Shown here in pieces: positions 22,190 through 36,359 of a stretch of DNA of 64,000 nucleotides. The notes beneath the pieces are model-generated. The model ran no database searches and was not told where the DNA came from. It saw only the letters and a program-made list of their open reading frames with translations. The stretch comes from Marsupella aquatica. Its lineage: Eukaryota > Plantae > Marchantiophyta. How positions within the stretch are numbered: the stretch's first letter is position 1; each line of letters begins with the position of its first letter. The stretch covers positions 840,143 through 904,142 of the forward strand of contig OZ316891.1 of NCBI GenBank assembly GCA_973895155.1, in the 5' to 3' direction. The translations under genes were made by a program, and so were the position numbers.

Positions 22190-24973
22190 ATGGCAGCTCC
22201 TCCATCCCCACCGCCACCGCCAGTGCCGCAGCATATGAGGCCCTACCGTCCACCTGATCGGGCCCCATTAGAACCTGCCGACCCAGGGAGTAGCCGGACC
22301 ATCCCTGCAGCTCAGGGTCTTCACAAACGCACCACAATTGCTCCTAAGAAAGGGCCTTCGTCATCGTCTCCCAAAGCAATCCGAAAGGTACGATTTTTCT
22401 TAAATAGTGAAAGGTTGTCACAAATTTTCGAAATTGGGATCTATTTCTATGTCTCGTGTTAGCAGGAGAATTTAGATTTACAGTTAAATTAGATAGCATC
22501 AGAATCAGAAACGTACTCACAACTACTTTGTGAATTCTCTAGATAAGGTGCACACGCTGTGGGAGTAAGTGGCATTTGTCGAGTAAGTGCCCCATAGATA
22601 GGGTTTGTGCGCGTTGCTTGGATTCAGATGCTACCGAGCAGTGCCAGGTGGTTGTAATGCGGACCAAGATGATGAAAGAGTGCCGGGAAAAAGGTGATCT
22701 CATGCAAGCTCGGAGCCTTTTGGTTTCTTTGGAACAGGATGGCCATAAGCCAACTGTACATTCATACTCTCTTCTCCTCAGTATGCTGGCATCCAGGGCC
22801 CAAATGAAGGACCTGAAAGCTTTGTTCCTCCAGATGCAAGAGGATGGTGTCGTAGCTGATGCCATCTGCTACAACACATTGCTGAATGGGTGGTGCTCTG
22901 TGGGTAACATGGTTGAAGCACGTGCTATTCTTGAGCTGATGAGGGAGGCAAATTGCAAGCCTACTCTAAGTACTTACAACACTTTGATCAAAGGATTCGG
23001 AAAAGCCGGTCGCCCCGCTGAGGCTATGAAGCTCCTCCGGCAGATGACCACTGAAAATTTGAAGCCCAGCGTAAGAACATACAACACTTTAATCAATGCC
23101 TGGGTCAAAGAGAAAAATGTGGAAGAGGCTCGGAGGGTGTTGAGTATGATGCGAAGTGCTGGGGTGGTACCAGACGTAGTCACCTACAACACATTAGCCA
23201 AAGCGCATGGGGAACTTGGAAGACCTTGGGAGGCTGAGAAAGTGATGGAGGAAATGCAGAATGTATATCTCCGCCCGAATGTTCGTACATATGGAAGTGT
23301 AATCAACAGCTACTCCAAAGTGGGAAGACCATCGGATGGCTTGGCGTTGCTTGAGAGAATGAATGCTGATGGTGTACCTTGCAATTTGGCCATCTTCAAC
23401 TCCTTAATCAAAGGTTTCTCTGAGTTGTACCAGACTGAGAAGGTTGAAGAGGTAAAGAGATTCTCTTCATTTGGCTGGTCTCAATAAATCTGCTTTGTCC
23501 CCTCTCCCCTTCCAGCAGTGAATGGGTATTCTAAAGATAGAGTCTGAGCACTTGTTTAATGGGATAACTGAGATCCCCCCCCCCCCTCTTTTCTTTTCCA
23601 CGTTATATACAAACCCAATCTTTTGAATCTTCAGTATTCATAATTTATTACATGTATAGAATTGGTGGAGTTGAGGAGTCATTTGAGATAATTTTGTATA
23701 TTTGGGATAGGTTGGATGAAATCTTCATACTCTGTAATCTCATAGATTTAAGAGGAAAGATCAAGGTCAGGAGCTACATCACATATATGAAGAGACACAG
23801 ATTTCCTGGCATCTAAACGTATTGAGCTATGTCAGTGACTAAACCTCTAGATTCTAAACCCGCAACTATAAATCCTGGGAATTCACCGGATTGACGGGAC
23901 TGGTGAGCAGAAAGTCTGACAGAACTTGATGTCAACGAAAATGTCGATACTTGCAGGTGCTGGAGTTGATGGAAGCCAGGGCTGTGAAGCCGGATGTCCA
24001 GAGCTTCAGTTTAGTGATGAATGCGTGGAGCTCGGCAGGGTTTGTGGACGAGGCAAGGGCCGTTCTGGACCGAATGAGAGCCGCCAATGTGAAACCTGAT
24101 GTTTTTGTGTACACAATTTTGGCAAAGGGTTACGTGAGGTCTCAGAGACCCGCTGAAGCAGAAGCTCTCCTCGAGAGAATGATCAACGAGGGAGTGGATC
24201 CCAATGTTTACACATACACCACTATCATCAGCGGCTGGTGCAGCCTTGGCCAGATGGAAGATGCTCTTCGAGTATTTAACCACATGGAAAGTCACGGTGT
24301 TGAGCCTAATCTCAATACTTTCCACACTTTAATTTGGGGGTTCGGTGAAGCAAGACAACCACACAGCGCTGACGAAATCCTAGACACCATGCAAAAGCTT
24401 GGCATTGCCCCTGACCAAAAGTGTTTGGATTTGGTGGGGGAGGCTTGGAAGGGTGTGGGTCTCCCAGCAACCCTCCAGCTCAAGGAGGCTCGGGAATTGC
24501 ATATGCTTACGACGGAAAGTGGGGGAGCTTCAGACTCAATTGACCACCTCGGCAAGAACTACGGTGACTGGAGCAATGACACTAATTTTGTGCATAGGCA
24601 TGACAACGCCAATAACACAAATCTGAACTTACCATCAGAAATCAGCTCTTCATTATTTTTATCACAGACAATTGCCAGGGCTTCTCCGCCCAGCTCCAAC
24701 CACTATGTGAATAGCATTTATTCAAAGTGTAGGGAGAGGGTGCCAAATGTTCACCCACACCAAAGGAACCTGTTAGCAATTTCTATTTTAGTTCATAGGA
24801 CGAATAAGTTTCCTTGGTCACAAAATTCAATAAGATGGCAAGATGTTAGAGTAGCTTCTCACAGACTTTGGACCAGCAGAGGTGGAGGAGCTAAATTTGT
24901 CAGTCTTAGGTCAGTGGATGCTCCTGTGCTCCCCTCACTAACGCCATTCACCGTACTTGCCTTGTCTCTGTAG
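22190..24973 (+). CDS. P-class pentatricopeptide repeat protein with N-terminal CCHC zinc knuckle
   Basis: Exons 22190-22387, 22543-23451 and 23957-24973. About 13 tandem 35-aa PPR motifs (e.g. TYNTLIKGFGKAGRPAEAMKLLRQM). Exon 2 opens with CTRCGSKWHLSSKC, then CARC...C..VVMRTKMM, which resembles the At5g21222/At5g25630 clade from memory. Confidence 0.9.
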
Positions 24974-26891
24974 ATACAGAGATTGGTACAAAGTTATCAC
25001 ATCATTGAATTCTTTCCCCTGGCACATTCTCTGATATGGGCCAACTACGGTTAAGCCAGTGATGTCACCTCTCAGATTAAGGGCTCGATATCACATTCTT
25101 TTCGGAGGGCTCCTGCAGGGTATTTATAGTGATCTAGGAGATCTCTTGAACTACTCCAAGATGATGACAAGAGGAGTGTTGAAAAAGTGTAAAAGCATCG
25201 TGTATAAGAAATCTGTATCATACTGAAACTGGACGGGACACATTAGAACCCCAATTTTGGTGCGTTCGAATCTTCAATAGTGTCTTTGCACAGATCTTGT
25301 CTACTTTGTTTTTCAGTCGAGACGATACTTCATTCACTGCATGCTGACGTTCTCTAATCCTCTCTGGACTTCACATATCAATTTCATGCACAAATTCTTC
25401 TTGGTACAATTTGTACCTTGGCTTCTTTTGGGAGCTTGTCTTGGGACCATTTCAATCCGATGTTTGTCACTTGTGCTATAATGACTGAAGAATTAACCGT
25501 ATTTTCGACAAAATGGATCCTGCATCTGTACAGTGGTTCAGGTCTCACTCTTTTGGAGTAGTCGGTCAAGATGTAACATTCACCATGCGGCCGCTCCTCA
25601 AAACTCTATTATAGCGCGACTTATCACTATCCTGCCTATACCCAGGCAGGCCCTTGAAACCTCTGCGACAGCATTGGCCAGCTGTTCACTCTTTGATTTG
25701 CATATCCATCCTGGCTTCTGGACCGGTTCTAACGCTTGCTGACCTAGAGCAAGGCTTATAAACCTGACTAATTACATTGGATTGATTTGTAAAAGTCACT
25801 GGGATCCCCAATCGAAGAAAGGCATAGAAGACGTTCCGAATGCCACTTGCTGAGTCGAAAATTCCGTTACTGGCAAAGCAGAGTGCTAGTCAACCTGAGT
25901 AGTTTGCAATGAATTGATGCCAAGCTCCATGAGACTTTAACAAAGGTTATGGATGAGTAGAGTATAAACCCAAGGAAGTGCTTTGGATGATGGCTAAGAC
26001 CGGATGGAAGGAATTGAAGAGGTCGTTCATGATTACAAGCGAGTGAGATTGAATCTGCCTCCTTTCTCTAGCTTCCCAATTCAAATTTGATCCTCTAAAG
26101 CAAGAAATTTCCCTATTAGCAGGGAACTTGTCTGACTTCAGAACGAAAAAACCTTAGTAATGGCAAAGGTCGCTGTCAAGGGATGTTCATCTTCTACAGT
26201 AGCCAGGTTGTGACGTTTGAAATAGAGAGCGTAACGTCAGTTCTTTTGAAAACGACCAGCGAGCTATTAGGACCATAACCCCGGGGTTTCTGCAATCATA
26301 CCAGATAAGGAGATATCTTCCCGTTTATGATCCGCTGGAAAACTGTGGGATGAGTTTCCTTGTATGATGCATTGATTTTTTAGTCACTCTTTCACTTTCT
26401 CTTCATAGTTACAAAAGCGGCCAGTCTCTGTCTGACGAGTAGTCTCTGGACCATGGAGACTCTGGAATGACTATCACAACAGCTGGATTGAGCCCATCAA
26501 AGCACTAAGTCCACTAGCTCGGCTTCTATTTCAAACTCCAATCTTGTTCTTGTTAGGTCCGACTGACCGATTCATCCCTGAGGCTCAATGAATTCCTCCC
26601 ATCCTACATTGTCTCTGTTGTTTGACTTTCAGCTTTGCCCCAAAAGTCCCTTCCGATTGCCCCGAATTCACTCCCAATCAAATGCTCGAAACCCATCCCT
26701 GACAGATGTCGATCGTTGGATATTTCACTCGTATAGAAAAGTACAACAAAGCGGGAAAAGAGGTATTGTGACGGTCCAATCCCCTTTTCCTGATTCCATT
26801 GCTGTTTATGATCGAAACAAAATCTGAACAATGAACCGGTTATCATTATGCATACGTTTGTTTGACCTGCAATAGCCACCCGTGAGCTCCC

Positions 26892-27023
26892 TTCACCTAA
26901 TTGACCTCCTACTCTTCACATTCTAGGGCTTCTCCTCTTGAGCTTCAAGGAGGTCGTTTCACCTAATTGACCTCCTACTCTTCACATTCTAGGGCTTCTC
27001 CTCTTGAGCTTCAAGGAGGTCGT
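26892..27023. repeat. Perfect 66-bp tandem duplication upstream of the DnaJ gene
   Basis: ttcacctaattgacctcc...tcaaggaggtcgt at 26892-26957 and 26958-27023. Confidence 0.92.
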
Positions 27024-27284
27024 CCTCTTCAGCTCCTTCTCCTCATTTTTTTAAAGCTTACACCTTCTCGAGTTCCTCCTCTTCAACTCCTTGAGCTCCT
27101 CTTCCTCGGCTTTTTGAGCTCGTCCACCTCATGGAAAGCGGCAAGGAGTACAACTGGACAGATTGCCAAAAGGTGGGCTTCCGGCTTTCAAAGGCTGACC
27201 GAACGGCAATTGTAAGTCCAGCGCAGAGATATCTGAACAGGGATCTTTACTTTGTCGTTGGGGAGGTCTTGTGATCAGTAGACG

Positions 27285-30200
27285 ATGGCTCTCCGAACCC
27301 AATCTATCATGCCGTTTGTCATGCTCAAATATCAACAGCTAGTAAGAGGTTTTTCGACCCACGAGTCAAGGAAGCAGCCGCCCCCCACTACGGGTGAGGC
27401 GAACGCATACGAGGTGCTGGGGCTGCCAGAGAGCTGCAGTGAAGTGACCATTCGGGCGACTTTCAGGCAATTGGCCAAAGCAACGCACCCCGATCTGCAG
27501 ACGGACACATCCACCGCCCATTTCATTCGCATTTTGGCTGCGTACGAGGTGATAATCAGCACGAGCGGACTTGAATTCATTGAAGCATGTATTCTTCGTT
27601 TTTGCTGCTGATGTGGTTGTTGATGGGTCCGAATTGACCTTTGCATTGCCCCTCGCTCAGACTGAATCACTCTGTTAATCTGCAATACTTTATCTCCCTC
27701 TCTGGTAGAGTCAGCCTATAGGAACAAGAGTAACAAATCAATTAGTGTACGAGAACTTCATAATTTAGGGCAAGGGACATAAAGTACAAGATGGCAAAGA
27801 GTCCACTGAGAATTAAAAAGATACGAGCTAGGAGAACGATTTCCTAATCGGTAGCAAGATTAACCTTTCGTCTAGAGATGACTTTTCTCCTCCATCGTTC
27901 GTCATCCTCCTAATGCGTCTCCCTACACAGGCCTTATCTTCTCACGAAAGTGAATGAGAGTCGAGTGAGTGAGTATAATCTAAATAGACTTCACACACAA
28001 CTCCGAAAGTACTGGAAGGTGAAGTTGAGTAAGCAATTAACGACATGAGTTACATGAGTCCAGTTTTTTTGTGCTCAGGACTGTCTACCCAAGTGGATCT
28101 TCGCTACTCACTGAGATGAAATTACTTATTCGAGTCTCCACGTAATGCCTACTACTACCTGTCTGGCAAATTTGAGACTCAAGAAAGAAGACGACAGTTA
28201 GGGTTTAGGGATTGGGGTTTGCTGTCAAGTTCAGATCATCAAAATATATGACAGAGCAGGAAAATTGAGTTTTAGAAAGCAATTGGCAACAAGAAGCGAA
28301 ATTTCCTGTGAACTTTGCTCTCGAGTATTTTCACTCACAGATGTGACACTTCCTACCCAATCGGCTGGGCATGTGGTCGAAGCTAAGATCTATGTTAAAT
28401 CCATAGAGCTAGTGTTGAATGCACTAACACAGGTAAATCTGGCATGTTTTGTAGATTCTATCCGACCCAGCCAAACGTGCTGAGTATGACAAACACCTCA
28501 GCTCAAAACGAGGACTTGGAAGGACACAAACGAATGCCTCACGAACTCGAGAGAGGTCATCTGGCTATAGTGAAAGCGGTGGTGGGTTCAACAGCAGTGC
28601 GTTTTATGAGCAGCAGGACTCGACGGCCAAAAATATAGAGGTTGTCAGCTGGCTGAAGGGGTATAGGGCCATGATTAAAGATGCTGTGCATCGACGTGAA
28701 ATTGGCAGAGGAAAAGGAGGATGGGAAGAGGAACTAAGGGGGGAAGTCCAGTCCGCTTTGAAAAGAGCTTACTTTGGTCCCCCGGTCTGTGAACAAGAGG
28801 GTCTACCAGAATGCTTTGAAGCAGAGGAGAGGGCACAAACAGACGTTCAAGATGTGCTACACCTCGTCTCCGGTCGTCATCTCTTTGGGTTTGTTCGTCA
28901 GGTACAAAAATCGGCCCTGCTTGATGGGCAACATCAATCCCCAGTTCTTCTCGAAGCCAATGCTTCGGAAGACCGGTCTGACGACAGCGCTCCACACCTC
29001 TCCAATACTGCACTGGGTAGTTCTCTGGATGAAGCCTCTGATTTGGCCAGAGGATATCACTCATCAAGAGTTGATAACGAAGCTCAAGTTGTAGCCCATG
29101 GAGTAGGAGAAGGGACTCCTTTTGTGGACCTTGAATTGCAACTCTTTGGAAATGTTGTGGCACGGTCAATTCGTGTACCATATAAAAATGATGGAACATC
29201 AGACACAAACAAAAATGATGAGCAGGATTGCATATATATCTACTTGAGTTCAGAGCAGGTTGAAGACGCTTCTGAGTTTGTAGATGGGACCTTAGCAGAT
29301 GACAGCAAGTTCAGTAGGACTCTTGTGGGAACCATACGTGGTCTTCGCTCCAGCTGTGATGGAAATGTTGGTTTTGCTCATGCCCCTGATGGCAAGAGAA
29401 CACATCTGATTTTGCAACACACAACTCCTTTGGTAGGTGAGCCTATCAATCAATATTTGCACCTGTTCTTTCTTATCACATAGAAATTAATGCTCTCTTT
29501 GGGTGGTGGATATCAGTAGAAATTTTAACTTTGTTTAGTTGAGCCGAATCTTTGTGTGGAAAATGATCAAACCCAAGCTTGTCCATTGTAACACAGGTGA
29601 AGCACATGCAATGGTTTAGGATTGGGGAAGAAAGTGCTGCTTGTGAATGCCGATGCCGTCGAGCAAGAACTCTTCCTAGCAGGTGCGTACGTTTTCACTC
29701 GGATCTGCTCAAGGTAGTGCAGCTCCATATACCACAATCTTGTATTGCATTTGAGTTGATCAATTCTAACTGCTGAACTAGGACACACCTACTTCCAATT
29801 TTCAGAGCTTGCGCTCTGATTGGGCAACTTTTGGGTGAAAAAGGTACTGGATATTTGAGCCGCGAACAGATACACATAATGTTGGTGGGTGGTACATTGA
29901 AACGTTTGATCAAAGTAGACGATCGTCCAAAGTCGACAATCCAAGACATATGAACAAAACTCGCTCTGAAGAAATAGATTCCATTGGGCCGGACGAAGAA
30001 CGGAAGGACAAGATGTCAGACTTGTAAGCATCCCTCCACACTTTAGTTTCTAATGCCAATCTTGGATAATGCAAGTGTAGGCGATTGATGTACTGGAAAT
30101 AGTCTTAGGAAGGTATTTTGTCAGAGACCTAACCCCCGATATATTTTCTTGATATTTCTTTATCTTCGACTTTTGTTCGAAGTTGGTATTTATGGCAACG

Positions 30201-30558
30201 GGCTGAGGTCAAGAGTATTGGGAGTTAGCATCCTTTTCACGTTGAGCCTTGGGATAGAGGAGGCTTTCTTCATTGCCCTCTAGAATAGGAGTAATTGCTA
30301 AAAGAGGGCGGGGGGTGGCGCTCTTGCATCTCGGATTAAGCGATTGACAGAAGCACCAACGTACTCAATTGCAGGCTCCATCCTGCTATGTACATAATGG
30401 CAGCTGCATACAAGACTTTGGATGAAGAAGATAAGGCTGCCGAAAAAAGAGAAGCGACAATTGGGAACCGGATTAAGAAGCTGGTGGATCTTCCTGACCT
30501 TACATCAGGGTTTGTGCACTGGTGGAAAAAAAAGTGGAACCCTTCAAACTTACAGTAA
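27285..30558 (+). CDS. DnaJ-domain protein (type III), probably organelle-targeted
   Basis: Exons ~27285-27548 (NAYEVLGL...ATHPDL...ILAAYE), 28455-29432 (ILSDPAKRAEYD...EVVSWLKGYR...TPL), 29597-29682 (VKHMQWF...CRCRRARTLPS), 29844-30023 (YWIFEPR...GGWYIETF) and 30375-30558 (LHPAMY...AYKTLD...*). HPD motif intact. Confidence 0.85.
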
Positions 30559-32487
30559 TTGATTCTTCTTTCGGCTATTGAATATGCTTCCGCTCTTATC
30601 TCTGTGGCCGGGCCCCTAATTTAAATTAATTTGCCCAGAGAAAGCCGTGCATCCGGCCAATTTGATGCTCCATAGGTGTGCATATAACTTGAGGTGGAGA
30701 AAGGTCCAATTGTGCAGTCTTTTTCGTCCATGGCCAATATTAGTCAATACCTGGTTTCCAAATCGCATGCGACTAAGCCAAGATATATTCTGAGAAGCAT
30801 TACCATATTCTTAAGACGAGAGTAACTACAAGCGAAAGATATCAACGCAAGTGCCTCACTAAGTGGAGAGAAGAGAGGATCTTCAACCCTCACTCCAGTT
30901 ACCATCTCGAGCTACTTTGTATGGCAAAATATGCGGTGGGATCTAATAATGATAATAGTACCATCAGAAAGCAATTGTATTACCCATTGAATGAGATGAA
31001 AAGATGGTACCTGAAGAATGACAGTGCCACCCTTCTCTCATTCAGAACTGATGTTTAGGCTAAAGGGTGGCCTCCTAGTGTTCTTCAGTAACTAGTGCAT
31101 TTTGATGTGGGGAGTGGCCTGTTGCCGTTTCATCGTGAAATACTCTTGGCAATACTGCAGTTGCGCCACGACGGTGTACAAAAAATCGTTGCAACACCGA
31201 GAAAAATGGACACCTGTAAATCAAATAGAAAGTACAAGAGAGACATGCAAAAAAAGAGGCTCGTGATCGTCAGCAAAGAGGAACTAGAAGCACCAAATAC
31301 TCCTCGTTGAATAACCCAGAGGACATGTGTCTATTGCACCCGCCTGGCTGCTGCTTCTCCTTCCGTGGTATGAACTCTCGTTAGCATGAGACTGGGACAA
31401 AGAAATGCCTCTTCGAAATACTGAAGCTGGAGTATTGAATGCGATACCTCAGGAAAGGCTCAACAATATGTATTATGGAAGAGATAGACAAGTCCATCCA
31501 AAAAGGTCTGCACGCACTGATTTTGTGCACTGCCACCACCCTTAAAAAATCGAGCCCCACCATCTCGATACGTAAATACGACATTGACATGGGAAATGCT
31601 TAAGGCATATTCGCGATATCACCGTCAGGCTTTCGGCTAGAGCGCCTCGTAATATTGTCAAAGAGCCCCTGCTCTCCTGTCAGAGAGGGCTACTACGACA
31701 GAGTTGGAATGTCGTAGGTGGCAATTTACAAGTAGAGTTGCTTCCGCTTCTGGTCCCCTTGCTAAATTAACGAGCTGTGGTCACATGAATGTCATAGTTC
31801 CACAGAGCTCCTTGACTACAAACTTGTAAAGGGCTTGTAATCTACCTACATTGATGTTCTGACTTAAAAAATTATCCGTCGTCCCAATTGGGGCTCTGTG
31901 GACTTTGAAGTCAACTCATTCTCCTATCCTCATTGCATCTGATGTGGCGCACCCGAGACGAGGATGTCAGTTTTCACAAAATTAGGGAGAGAAATTTGCA
32001 TTCCCCATACTGTAAGCCAATCCATCCCAAGTTGATGGCCTATTTCTCAATCATGTTCAACTCCACCGTGCTCCTCGACCAAGTTGTCTCAGGACCTCGC
32101 TTTGGACGGAGGCTGATGATTGAGCCCGTGATCATAGCTGTGGCTTCTATAGCTCAAGACGTGCTAGCAGAGGCTCCGCCTTCCTCAATCCGGTGAGCGA
32201 TCTCATTTTAGTGATTGAAGAGCTCCGACGATGGTCTGACTGAGATTCCACATAGAGAATCCCACGCTCGAGTAAGTTGGAAGTGCCAATACACTTGAAT
32301 TGAATAGAGGGCAAGTTCAGAAATTTCTCAGATCCACGAGGAAGTCAAAATTTCTGAACACGAGCTTTTCTTCTCTGAACAGCATTCTTCGTTGAATCCG
32401 TACCCAGCCCGCTATTACTTTTGAGGTGGACCTGCCTCGTGAGATAAATTTTCAGATACACATTTCTAGGTGTGTCCTTTCACATGC

Positions 32488-34576
32488 TCAGATCATAAAT
32501 ATCTCCTCCGCAAGCTCTTCCGCCAGCTGCGCTTCTCGACCGAAAACAACTGTGCAGTGGTCAGCAGACGTGACAGTGGTGAGACGCACGTTTGAATGAC
32601 GCTCGCCCAGACTCACACTGTTCTTGAAAGGGACCACAGCGTCCGCAGTTCCGTGTATCACTCTCACCCTCTTGCCGGCCTTTTGGAGAACCTCGAGACT
32701 TTGATCTGCAGTTTGACCTCCATTGCAGATAGTGTTGTGGAAAACATGCCAGGCTGAATGGTGGGTGTGTCGGGTGAAGTCAGTCACGCATGACAAAGGT
32801 GTCCTTGGCCCCGGCAGCTTGGAGTGTACGAAGAGCAGAAGAGGTTCCCAAAACCGATGATGTTTGCAGACCACAAAACAGACAACTCGCCCGATGTGCT
32901 CATACCAGGACATCACCGAAGCGCCAAATGTGATCAGCGGCCAAATCCTCCGCGCTGACAATTGCTTCATTACGTAAGTGCTCGAAACCTCTCCCGATGC
33001 GCCGGGACAGTATGGCGGCGCAACCAACGTGACGGATTTCAGTGCAGACGGATAGTTCGCAGCCAACGCAAGAGCGATGGTACAGCCCATCGAATGGGCC
33101 ACGAGATGAAACTTTTGAATACCATACGGCTCGAGAACCGATTTCCGAATCATGTCAATGTGTTCCGCGATAGTGTACGAGCTGTTGGACGGCTTCGGAC
33201 TTCTGCCAAAGCCCAGGATGTCCACGGCAAAGAGTCGATGGCTGGTTCGTAAGGATTCAGGAAGAGCCGGCAGCACTGTGTCGGCCCAAAAGGACGACGA
33301 CGACAAGAATCCATGGAGGAAAATGACGTTGTTCTCAGCAGCAGCAAAGTTGGCGGCACTGGCATCATTCCCCACTGACCCCACAAAATCTGCACAGGAC
33401 AATCATGTACTCCCCATCACTCACACTAGTCTTGCCATTTTCTGAAATCTGCTGGAGTGGACACAAGATGATCATGCAGTTTCTTTCAAACAAAAATGTG
33501 GGAAAATGTAGCGAGGACAATTGTAGACTTTCTCTTCAGTTGTAGATATCTGCTTCAATTCTAAATTTTTTCTTCAGCTTCAAATTCTGTCTCGATTTTA
33601 GATTTCTGCTGCAATTCTAGATCCTTTCCTCGATTTTATAAGCGTAAATTATATAATTTGACGAAGGACTATAAAATTCGACGAAGGAATATAAAATGTG
33701 AAGGAGCGACATACAACGAGCGAACTTTATCGTCAACACTCGAAGTGAAGATTTTCTCTGGTATTCAAGAAAGACACGTAGTCGGGCAAGATAGCTGACA
33801 GGGTAGACGAACGAACCTTTATCATCCACATGAACGTAGAGAAGTTGATCCTTCTCCGATTGCCAAGACGTACATTGTTGACAGCCACAATCCGACCAGC
33901 GAGCTGCGTCCTTAACTTCAGTTTTCCTCCTAATCAAACTCTTGAGTGATCGCTCTGCCAAATTCCTCTGATGTGAAGTAGCTGTTGGTAAGATTATCCC
34001 CCGCCGTCGGTTTGAAAGGTCTCTTTCGCCACCCATGACAGGCAGCACAATTGTTTCGTCAGCCCCATCCGAGCACTTTGGACCATTCGGAATCCGTTCC
34101 GAGACGATGCCTTCGTATGGAATGGTCAGTTGGGTCGAATAGTTGTTGTTTTCGCCGCTGAGAGTTCGGTGGAGAGCGAGGAGATGAAGCCGAGTCCTGC
34201 CCAACCGCCTCACACTGCCGTACAGAGTATCAGAGCTGCAAGCCCACCTCTGCACCGGCCAATGACCATCGCCACCGGTGAATGCTCCTTCCTGACAGAG
34301 CTGAGAAAGCTGAGAGAGCGATTCTTTGCCGCCGAGATTGGCTACCTGATTGTCGCCTCTCTTCTGAATTCCACCGCCGGATTGGCCACAGTAGCACACT
34401 CTCGTTTCGGAGTCGAGATAGGAGTCAAGAAAGGCGAAGACGGGGCATAGCAACCGATCAGTGACGTCCAGTATCGCAAACACGATCCAACTCACGATAC
34501 TCAGGGCTCTGTTTCCTACGCGCCGTGACAATGCCCAAACGGCACTCCGCAGGAATTGTACCGTCTTGTTCAACAT
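32488..34576 (-). CDS. BDG: BODYGUARD-like alpha/beta hydrolase (cuticle-related)
   Basis: Exons 34576-33817 (LDVTDRLLC..., CYC, SDTLY, RWSDCGCQQCTSW) and 33389-32488 (VIFLHGFLSSSSFW, VDILGFGRSPKP, AHSMG, SWYEHIGR, HTHHSAWHVFHN). Confidence 0.92.
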
Positions 34577-36103
34577 CTTTGAGACGCTTGCATAAACTCC
34601 CAAAATCGAAACAGAGAAAATCCCGTGGCACTCCGAACTCTGATCCAGTTACTCAAGACATTCCACGCTTCCAGTAAAACAAGCGATGGTGTGAAGGCGG
34701 TGGAAGAGACCCCAGTCAATCGTTTGTGATGATTCGTAACCAATTGCAGAACCGAGTCTGTTATTTCGGAGCTCGGATAGGTGTACAATACAGAAAGACC
34801 TCTGTGGTAGCTCAGAAATTTGCTGCCTAACAACAGGAGAGCAATTCCAATCCGCTGGTTGATAATTTGAAGTCAAAGAAGGGTGAAGGCAAACGCACGA
34901 CGTCTCTATCGTCAAAAATATTTCTGTACAATAATCAGACTACAGTGGAGAGAGAGCCCCGTGGACGTCTCTGCTCATCAAGGCCACAGCTGCAATAAAA
35001 GGCGAGGCCGCTTTCGTATAGCTCGGTGATGCTTTACAGGATAAATCAAATGTTGGTAACAGCCGTTTTGATCAATCGGTTTTCAAGGCATTGTTGAAGG
35101 TCATTCGGAAGCGCGGATTGGCCTCTGGCATTGGAAGGAAACCATGCGTCTGAAGATTACTCGATTACTCCACTCTGTTCCCAAAACAGATGCGGCTACA
35201 GTCATTCGTTGCCGGTGCTACCAAGGCGAAAGAATGTCCTAGAAGAAAGCAAGCCAAATTAGTTCACATTCGTAACGCAAATAAAATTCAATCAGTTCAC
35301 ATTTGTGAGAGCGCAATCGCTGCACCTCCTCGTACTCTTCTGAACTCGGTTTGGAATCTAGCATAGAGAACTCCACTCTGTCCGAAGGCAGGCGGGATTA
35401 AATCCCGTCGAGAAAAAGCGCGTGCAATTTATCTATCGCTTCATATGGTGCATGCAAGACCGCTGCACCTTCGCATGTTTTCCTGAGCCCGAATTGGACT
35501 CCGGCGAAGCGAACTCCAGTCTGTTTTGAAAAGAGGCCAAGGAAATCAATCAACAGGTGGGACGTGAGAGTTGGAAGCTCGGATTCTACTCTCCTCGCGA
35601 GTAAGACGCGCGCCAATTCGGAAACATCTTGGACCACAGACTTGAGGTCTACGCGAATTTGCACTCTGTTTCAAGAAAAGCGAAAGTGCAAAAGAGAGTG
35701 CAACTGAAATCAATTGACGGGTGGGTCCGGTGAAGGCGCATTTGCCGCACCGTCGGAGATTGTTCGGAGTTCAGATTGGAATCTACTCGCAGCCACCAAT
35801 TGGAGATTGGACTCCAAGTCGCAGAGTAGAGCTGCGGAACGAGAGCGATGGGGTTTCCTGTGGAGGAATGTTCGCCACGAAACCGGGAGAAGGGAAATTT
35901 ATTTAGTCCGGCCCGAGGGAAATTACCTAGTTCCCAGGTTCCATGGCGGGCTGGCGACTCCCTAGCCACTTGAGGTCACTGGGGAAATGTTTTTTTATGG
36001 ATCCCTTGCCTAATTTCTGGCACCACAAAGGACCACATCACCAACACCACGATAAACAAGACTATTTGTATTTGTGAATCTAATAATTGCCCTCCATATG
36101 CCT

Positions 36104-36284
36104 GGAGAGGCATGACTTCTCTGGGCATAGGCATGACTTCTCTGGGCATGATTTTGTGGTAGTTCACTTGAGTATAGCCGCATGGATCTTGGGTTCAAGT
36201 GTTAAGACTGACATTTCCTGACTATTGTGGTTAACTCTTCCCTTTCTCTGAGGTTTCAGAAATTTCCCCTTTAAAATAAAATAA
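36104..36284 (+). mobile_element. tRNA-derived SINE-like element, copy 1
   Basis: A-box-like tggtagttcacttg, B-box ggttcaagt and an A-rich tail. Colinear with 60263-60404. Confidence 0.6.
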
Positions 36285-36359
36285 TTGTCCTCCATCATGG
36301 TTGTGACACTTTTTAACTAAGGAGAGAAGTAGGGTGGCCTCACTTATGAGATGACAATG

